From sequence record MK327931.1: a stretch of DNA of 64,000 nucleotides. The stretch is one strand, 5' to 3'. The position numbers were made by a program, and so were the translations under genes. The notes below the pieces were generated by a model. It was not told where the DNA came from. It saw only the letters and a list, made by a program, of their open reading frames with translations, and did no database searches. Below are positions 58,083-64,000 of the stretch, one piece after another (the stretch's first letter is position 1; each line of letters starts with the position of its first letter).

Positions 58083-58465
58083 AAATCTCCTAATATCTCA
58101 AAAATTATTGATATTGGGTATACTGGGTTATCAGATGAAGTAACACATACTATTAGTACGTTTTTTCCAGGTGCTACATCCTTTACCGTGAAATTAATAT
58201 TATTAAGAATCAGTGATTTACCAATATAATGCTCTTTCAATAATTCAACAAAATAATCCAGTACTGGATTATCTGCACTATATGATAACTCAGTACTTGA
58301 TATCATTTTATATGTATGAACTATTAGTTCAGCTTTAGTCATGAACACGCTCACAATTAAGGCAATAAATGCACTCAATGTCAGGTCGCCATGATTTATC
58401 AAAATCTTTGTGTTGTTCTTCGGTGTATTCCGCATCATCATTAATAGGGAAGAAATCACCAGCAC
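58079..58465 (-). CDS. Small paralog-family protein (likely start MTKAEL)
   Basis: HTYKMI...HYIGKSL. Confidence 0.6.
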   Translation of the reverse strand: MLVISSLLMMMRNTPKNNTKILINHGDLTLSAFIALIVSVFMTKAELIVHTYKMISSTELSYSADNPVLDYFVELLKEHYIGKSLILNNINFTVKDVAPGKNVLIVCVTSSDNPVYPISIIFEILGDL

Positions 58466-58535
58466 CAGTCGCCCAGTCTGAATCTAAACGGAAACGAGCT
58501 AATTGAGTACTGTTACAATATGGACATTTATTCAA
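58335..58535 (-). CDS. Small zinc-ribbon protein
   Basis: CPYCNS...CLNC. Confidence 0.7.
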   Translation of the reverse strand: MNKCPYCNSTQLARFRLDSDWATGAGDFFPINDDAEYTEEQHKDFDKSWRPDIECIYCLNCERVHD

Positions 58536-58812
58536 AATTTATTCCTTCTAACTGATATACGTTTAATGAAAATGACCCACTATTATTATCGCATCTGAAA
58601 CACAGTGTTAAAGAACCATTAAAACTAACTACATCCGTACAGATACATTTTTCACCATTGGATATGATAGATTTTCCTATATATAAATCTCTTACTATAG
58701 TACGGTAATGTTGCCATAAAAAATAATACACACTTTCATAGTACTCATCTTTTACATATGATAAGTATAAGAATTTATAAAATACTTGTATTTCCTTTAA
58801 GTTGTTTTTCAT
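58528..58812 (-). CDS. Small paralog-family protein
   Basis: EIQVFYKFLY...LYIGKSI. Confidence 0.65.
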   Translation of the reverse strand: MKNNLKEIQVFYKFLYLSYVKDEYYESVYYFLWQHYRTIVRDLYIGKSIISNGEKCICTDVVSFNGSLTLCFRCDNNSGSFSLNVYQLEGINFE

Positions 58813-59086
58813 TCTTCAATTCCAGTAAATTTACACCAATCCAATCAACATCACTATCAGTACTTAATTCCAATCGTAGCTTACCGCTATGACTAACAAT
58901 ATCGCGGAATTTGTATATTTTATTATCACGAACTATACACAAATCATGGTAATATTCATGTAATTCATCCAAAAACTTTATCCATACCGAACGATAGATT
59001 TCACTGTAGAGATATTCTCCAGCATCAACCGTAGCGTATTGGATATACAAAAATTTGTATGTGAATTGTATATCATTTAATAACAT
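58775..59086 (-). CDS. Small paralog-family protein
   Basis: LNDIQFTYKFLY. Confidence 0.7.
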   Translation of the reverse strand: MLLNDIQFTYKFLYIQYATVDAGEYLYSEIYRSVWIKFLDELHEYYHDLCIVRDNKIYKFRDIVSHSGKLRLELSTDSDVDWIGVNLLELKNEKQLKGNTSIL

Positions 59087-59096
59087 ATGTAACCTC

Positions 59097-59408
59097 TTAT
59101 AAATTCACCAACTTCACAACTTTAATCTCGATAAATCCCCTATCGGTTATTTCCTGAAATTGAACATGGATTATACCATTATATGATTGCACACCATAGA
59201 AATCGAATTTATCATTTCCATCGATAAAAGTACTGTAATTCTTTTTTATATATTCACCTACTGAATCTAAGTACTCAATATATAAATCAATAAATGGTTG
59301 TTCTTTGGATCGGTTATGTGAACCTATGTTGTTACTAACAAGGTATACATCATACAAATCATATAGGATCTTATAAGTGAATTGTATATCATTTAAATTT
59401 AATCCCAA
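59097..59408 (-). CDS. Small paralog-family protein
   Basis: LNDIQFTYKILY. Confidence 0.7.
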   Translation of the reverse strand: MGLNLNDIQFTYKILYDLYDVYLVSNNIGSHNRSKEQPFIDLYIEYLDSVGEYIKKNYSTFIDGNDKFDFYGVQSYNGIIHVQFQEITDRGFIEIKVVKLVNL

Positions 59409-59665
59409 GGGAATATCTCCAACGGAATACTGGTAAATCCAAAATCAGTGTAGTACTGAACCTCAACTTTACCATCACGTCTAATGATTATATCAGAAAA
59501 TTCTGCATGGTCATCACCAATAATAACAGTACTGAATTTTTTTTTAATCTTACCACGAATCGTATGAATCATTTCAGTGCATGTGTCTTCTAGACTAGGG
59601 CTATCATTGTCGTGTGCTAAATCTCGAATAATCTTGTATGTTAGTAGGAAATCTTTATAATTCAT
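59399..59665 (-). CDS. Small paralog-family protein
   Basis: MNYKDFLLTYKII. Confidence 0.7.
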   Translation of the reverse strand: MNYKDFLLTYKIIRDLAHDNDSPSLEDTCTEMIHTIRGKIKKKFSTVIIGDDHAEFSDIIIRRDGKVEVQYYTDFGFTSIPLEIFPWD

Positions 59666-59937
59666 ATGTCCACCAAATCTATACTATATCTTTCATTAGT
59701 ATTACTATCTATAAATGATAGTACTAATTTACCACCAAAACTATTAACTTGTTCTATCTTCTGTTTTTTACCACGAATGATTATCTCACTATTAACAAAA
59801 TATTCACGTATCATTATTAAGTGATTAATCCAGATAGTATGAGTGAATGTGTTTTCTCGTATTGTATTGAGATATCTTCCATTGTGATGTAAATCAAACA
59901 AAACACTGTATGTATATTGTAGAACTTTATAATTCAT
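59662..59937 (-). CDS. Small paralog-family protein
   Basis: MNYKVLQYTYSVL. Confidence 0.7.
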   Translation of the reverse strand: MNYKVLQYTYSVLFDLHHNGRYLNTIRENTFTHTIWINHLIMIREYFVNSEIIIRGKKQKIEQVNSFGGKLVLSFIDSNTNERYSIDLVDI

Positions 59938-59949
59938 ATATCCCCTTAC

Positions 59950-59978
59950 AAAAATAGCCCGAACTTATGTCGGGCTAT
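59950..59978 (-). terminator. Rho-independent terminator
   Basis: ATAGCCCGA-loop-TCGGGCTAT + T-run. Confidence 0.75.
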
Positions 59979-59983
59979 GTACA

Positions 59984-60578
59984 TTATTCATCGTCGTCAT
60001 CGTCATCTAGATCGATATAGATACTATCATCACCATCATCAAAGTACTCCACAATAACTCCTGGAATATTAAGGGCAGTAAACATTGCATCATATTTCTC
60101 ATCAGATGGAATCAAAACAAATTCGTCAATGTTTTGAACTTCTGGCATTTTATCTTCGGGGATACCCATATCAACAAGTGACTGAATAATCTTTTCTTTG
60201 AATTCTAAAAACTTCTCTTCAGATTCAAAATCCATAATAAGCTGTGCAACATATCCTTCATCGTTACCGAATGAAATTGACATTTGTGCATCAGTACCGA
60301 CATAGCACCAAACACGTTTACCTGTGTGCTGCTCAATAAAGTTTTGAATCTGTAACACAATGTCATGGCGAGAACTGTTAGCAATGTTGTTAAGATTTTC
60401 TACACCAGCATTAATTCCAGTACTGTCATTTGTTTCTTCAAATTCACCATAATCACCCAATACATACTGTACACCTTCATGATGTAATGCATATGCATAG
60501 TCAAGGTCAGCGAGTGAATCGCACTTTCCACGGATCGGACGTAGGGAAAGACCTAAGCGAAGATAACGGAAGTATGTA
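59984..60578 (-). CDS. Acidic hypothetical protein, start codon uncertain
   Basis: Open frame with acidic tail; upstream part of the track ORF overlaps 60579-60878. Confidence 0.55.
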
Positions 60579-60878
60579 TTAGTATTTGTATTTGTCAACG
60601 TAATGCTCCTTAACAATATAAAAGTAGTTGCTGTTATTGTCAAAAAAGATAACCATCCCTTTATAGACATTTACACCAATTTTGATTTCACATATGTTAT
60701 TTGATTTACTCGCTTCAGTCAATAACATTTTGTGCTCTTTACTGAAAGTGTGGAACAGTGGTTTGACATGCCACATTTCGATACCATCCAGTACTGAAAA
60801 TTTTTCACTAAATTTAATCATTGATTCTTGTAAAAAATATCCTGTAAGATTTATTTCATCACACATGCAAGTTTCCAA
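60579..60878 (-). CDS. Hypothetical protein
   Basis: Packed ORF. Confidence 0.55.
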   Translation of the reverse strand: METCMCDEINLTGYFLQESMIKFSEKFSVLDGIEMWHVKPLFHTFSKEHKMLLTEASKSNNICEIKIGVNVYKGMVIFFDNNSNYFYIVKEHYVDKYKY

Positions 60879-61152
60879 GAAAATTAATCACATCTGCATG
60901 TGATAATGTATCATTACCTTCTAGTACATTAATGATAAACGGCACTTGACGATATAGTTCAGCCAGGAATTGTACCTCATCAGATGTGTAAGAATATCCC
61001 ATAGGAACAACCTGTGCAGTCCAGTTTCCTAGAGTTTTGTTAGCAATAATTGCAACTACAGTATTACCTTTGTATTCAACATGGATGGAACGAAATCCTG
61101 ATTGCTCATTTTGATCCCAAAGTACTGGATTGGTTTTGAACAGTACTGACAT
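60859..61152 (-). CDS. Hypothetical protein
   Basis: GAGG SD. Confidence 0.65.
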   Translation of the reverse strand: MSVLFKTNPVLWDQNEQSGFRSIHVEYKGNTVVAIIANKTLGNWTAQVVPMGYSYTSDEVQFLAELYRQVPFIINVLEGNDTLSHADVINFLGNLHV

Positions 61153-61154
61153 AA

Positions 61155-61688
61155 TTATTTCCTCATGTATTTTATAACGTCTTCAAATAATTGTATTTTT
61201 AAGTCCTCGTCATTTCCAGGTAAAAACTCACGAAAACTATCAAAATCTTCATTTTTTGCGAAGTTACGCATTTGTGTTGAGCTATATTGACTTACATTAC
61301 GGTCAATACCTGCCTGAATTGCTTTTATACTACAAAAATTATACAACTTACCATTGTACATGTCAAGAGTTTTTTGAAAAGAATCAATACGGTCAGAACC
61401 ACAAATGAAAAGAACATCTAAGTACTTTCCATCCAGTTCTCTCATTATATCAAATAGATTGTCTTCTGTGTAGATGTTCTCTTGCACTGAAGGATAGAAT
61501 CCCTCTGTATAATACATTTTTAGTTCAGGTGGGAGTGGGTTTTTTATATTGTCAGTACTGGTGCTTAGATATATTTTTAAATCAGCATTGTACTGTTCTT
61601 GTAATGTTTTGGCCTTTTCAAAAACTAAACCATGTCCACGATGTACAGGATTAATACGACCAAACGTTAATACACATGTTTCTTTCAT
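61155..61688 (-). CDS. Cytidylyltransferase-like (HxGH) nucleotidyltransferase
   Basis: TFGRINPVHRGH, KNPL, GSDR, SSTQMR. Confidence 0.88.
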   Translation of the reverse strand: MKETCVLTFGRINPVHRGHGLVFEKAKTLQEQYNADLKIYLSTSTDNIKNPLPPELKMYYTEGFYPSVQENIYTEDNLFDIMRELDGKYLDVLFICGSDRIDSFQKTLDMYNGKLYNFCSIKAIQAGIDRNVSQYSSTQMRNFAKNEDFDSFREFLPGNDEDLKIQLFEDVIKYMRK

Positions 61689-62206
61689 AAATTCTTCATC
61701 ACCAATCCGAGAGATTTAAGATAATTAATTTTAGCAGTGGTTAAGTACTTATCCAGTACTATCAGACACGAAGGAAATGGTGCTGAATCTGTTTTCTTAT
61801 CGGGTTCTTCTGGTATACCAAATCGTAATCTTCCCTTAATAAAACAAATACAATCACATATTTTAGCAGCATAATCCTGAAAAGCAATTGTGTCGGTTCT
61901 TGAGGGTACAAGAATAACTACAGTTGCCCCGTTATTATATGCATCTACTGCTTTAGATAACCAAGTTTTCAAATCACTGTATGGTGGATTCAACCAAACT
62001 ATATTATTTCCCCAATCCTGTGATAGTGAATCATCTTCTGGAGTGAAAAAATTATCACACAATGCAGTCTCATCAACACAAGCAGCATCAAGTGTAAATC
62101 CCCATAACTCATCCAAATCTTCAAAGAAATCTTTGGGAGTTGTCCAGTTATCTTTTCCAGTACTGAAATGTACTGAATGTTTTTTCGAAGCATCCTTCTT
62201 CGACAT
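61685..62206 (-). CDS. Phage N6-adenine DNA methyltransferase (orphan)
   Basis: W.TP..F, FTLDAA, WLNPPYS, VILVPSRTD, FIKGRL.F; no adjacent restriction endonuclease. Confidence 0.92.
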   Translation of the reverse strand: MSKKDASKKHSVHFSTGKDNWTTPKDFFEDLDELWGFTLDAACVDETALCDNFFTPEDDSLSQDWGNNIVWLNPPYSDLKTWLSKAVDAYNNGATVVILVPSRTDTIAFQDYAAKICDCICFIKGRLRFGIPEEPDKKTDSAPFPSCLIVLDKYLTTAKINYLKSLGLVMKNL

Positions 62207-62222
62207 TATATAATTCCTTTTG

Positions 62223-62765
62223 TTAGAGACAGTTGTGTACTATCTTATCAAAAGTACTACTGTCAATGTTATATTCATATAAAAATTTAAAATGTGAACC
62301 GTAACGCATCATCAGATTAAACTCTTCTTCAGTATTGAACTTGTAATCATGAATAGTCTCAGGGGTACATTTTAAACCCAAGAACTCTATAATTTCAGAT
62401 GTTACATCATATCCTGAATTGAAGTATTTAACCCAAACACATTTTCCTTGTGGGTTGTATTTTCTATATTCTCCTTCTAGTTCTCCTTTAATAATATGAG
62501 CCTTAACACTTATTGAATTATTACTATATCTTTCTTCAAAATAATTACCATACTGGGCTTTTGATATTGTTGGTTTTTGAGTAGGAAGTAATTTAACTGA
62601 AGTTACTTCAATTCCATTTTGTAATTCCTTTATATAAGAAATGCATCCTTTTTCTTTAATAACCACATATCCAGTAAAGATATCTTCGTCTTGTGATTGA
62701 TTAATGCAATCATCAAAATTCAAAGTTTTATAAGTAACAGTTTTTTCTTTTCTAATAAATGCCAT
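62223..62765 (-). CDS. Hypothetical protein with MORN-like segment (start MAFIRK)
   Basis: GELEGEYRKYNPQGK; first minus-strand gene following element copy 2. Confidence 0.65.
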   Translation of the reverse strand: MAFIRKEKTVTYKTLNFDDCINQSQDEDIFTGYVVIKEKGCISYIKELQNGIEVTSVKLLPTQKPTISKAQYGNYFEERYSNNSISVKAHIIKGELEGEYRKYNPQGKCVWVKYFNSGYDVTSEIIEFLGLKCTPETIHDYKFNTEEEFNLMMRYGSHFKFLYEYNIDSSTFDKIVHNCL

Positions 62766-62882
62766 CATTATTCCTATGGAAACATCAATGAATATACGTG
62801 ACGTTGATTGCATCAACATCAGTAGAATTATCATGCTACGCATGTCTAATTCTACACAAGTACTATTTTCTTTTAATTAATA

Positions 62883-63349
62883 TTGACGGGGTTTGCTTGA
62901 GCATATTTCATCCCCCCGCAGGGGAAAGAACAAAAAAATTTGACGCTGGTGGCCTTCACATAGTTCATATCACGAATTCTCTTACGAGACGAAAGCGGGT
63001 TGCTCTGTTTCTCTCTATCGCGGTTCTTGTAGCAACGGTCGTCGGTCTTAAACATCCCGACACATAATACAAATACCATATGACCAGTACTTGTATTTGA
63101 TTTCACAAAATTTGGACGCAACTATATTGTATAATTCCGACCGCATATTTCTTATGAAATCTCCCTTAGATAATTGGTAAGGTGCGATCCTTATATGTCT
63201 ATCGAGGAACTCTCTTTATCCTATTGGAGTTCTTTATACAGCCGCATTGCCGTGAGTGGTTCAAACTATGCCATCATCTAACGGGTTTCATCTGCTGTTC
63301 GTACTGAAAGGACTACTCATCTACCCTCTACATTTTCGAGTGGATTAGG
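62883..63349. ncRNA. Putative large structured non-coding element, copy 2 (~467 nt)
   Basis: Collinear homology with 6822-7351 and compensatory changes. Confidence 0.7.
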
Positions 63350-63385
63350 CTTTTAATCATTTCCTTATGGGAACCTTTCAGGATT

Positions 63386-63420
63386 AAAAAAAGGTGACTA
63401 ACATATTATGTTGTCACCTT
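63386..63420 (-). terminator. Rho-independent terminator
   Basis: AAGGTGAC-AACATAATATGTTA-GTCACCTT + T-run. Confidence 0.7.
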
Positions 63421-63422
63421 AT

Positions 63423-63450
63423 ATTATATCATTAACTTATCATTTGTCTC
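63423..63450 (-). promoter_or_regulatory. GAGACA-N16-TATAAT promoter upstream of element copy 2
   Basis: Same TGA-TATAAT class as 7397. Confidence 0.55.
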
Positions 63451-63967
63451 AGTTATATTCGGTTTTTTCTGTGAAATTTGTTAGTATATCAACACTAAAA
63501 CTTCGAATAACCTCAATCCTGCTTGGCATGAAACGATGTTTATTTTTAATATACAACTCATCATCTTCAATAAAAGACGTAAAAATAAATGTCATATCTT
63601 CACGTGGAATTTGTAAAATATCACACATTTCATTTGCCGATGCTACTGGTGAATCGTTGTAGTACTGAGAGTATGCACTAGATTGGCGACCGATTATAAT
63701 AGAATTTCTGATTAGAAAATTACTACAGTACTGAAAATCTTTGTAGTACTTTTCAATAATGTAAGGCATAAGTGCTTCTTTCACGTCTTCATAACCATTA
63801 GTACTATCAATTGCTATACAGTAATCTTCACGTTCTTTTTTCTCATGATGGTAATCATAAACATACTCAAAGAATGAATTTTTATTTAATGAATCATTTA
63901 AACCAACTGACCCACTATAGTATGATTTTCTATCATTCATTCGATCATCTGGGCATGATGCATACAT
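63449..63967 (-). CDS. Hypothetical protein (probably extends beyond window)
   Basis: Open frame at right edge. Confidence 0.6.
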   Translation of the reverse strand: MYASCPDDRMNDRKSYYSGSVGLNDSLNKNSFFEYVYDYHHEKKEREDYCIAIDSTNGYEDVKEALMPYIIEKYYKDFQYCSNFLIRNSIIIGRQSSAYSQYYNDSPVASANEMCDILQIPREDMTFIFTSFIEDDELYIKNKHRFMPSRIEVIRSFSVDILTNFTEKTEYN

Positions 63968-64000
63968 AGAAGTGTCATGTGATGATGTACCAATATAAAT

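Noticed and set aside
62798-63121. ORFs 62798-63067 (+) and 62873-63121 (-) over element copy 2
   Set aside because: Same reason; treated as incidental ORFs in a non-coding element
535-63662. Numerous plus-strand and nested ORFs in the six-frame track
   Set aside because: Antisense or out-of-frame shadows of well-supported minus-strand genes, with no SD or motifs
1-64000. CRISPR array, tRNA or rRNA genes
   Set aside because: No regularly spaced repeat-spacer units or cloverleaf/T-arm signatures found by eye; CAGTACTG sites are irregularly spaced inside genes
1-64000. Stop-codon reassignment as in some large phages
   Set aside because: Conserved enzymes (NrdD, ligase, Rnl1, PhoH) are full length in the standard code; internal stops are confined to one decayed fragment

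Overview
A 64-kb segment of a large, AT-rich (about 30-32% GC by eye) lytic dsDNA phage, most consistent with a T4-like/RaK2-like jumbo myovirus of a Gram-negative host. That assignment is inference from gene content: two-component spanins, nrdD/nrdG, phoH, T4-type RNA ligase 1 and PNK, ATP-dependent DNA ligase, ClpP and tail-associated proteins. Nearly all of the ~115 genes lie on the minus strand in standard code; only one credible plus-strand gene was found (38066-38443). Several N gaps fall between 36.3 and 40.9 kb. I saw no tRNA, rRNA or CRISPR array. Two features are not explained by the gene map. (1) Two diverged copies of a ~470-530 nt non-coding element (6822-7351 and 62883-63349) share identical blocks, compensatory base changes and long-range pairing, and each sits just downstream of the same atypical promoter; this is a candidate large structured phage RNA or cis element. 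(2) The palindrome CAGTACTG (core AGTACT) is hyper-iterated: at least 43 copies counted by eye against <1 expected, in all three reading frames, in a window that also encodes an orphan N6-adenine methyltransferase, reminiscent of cyanobacterial HIP1. Other points are an ACP-like protein lacking the phosphopantetheine serine, a 2H phosphoesterase, large expansions of small paralogous ORFs, and a few frameshifted or degraded genes.
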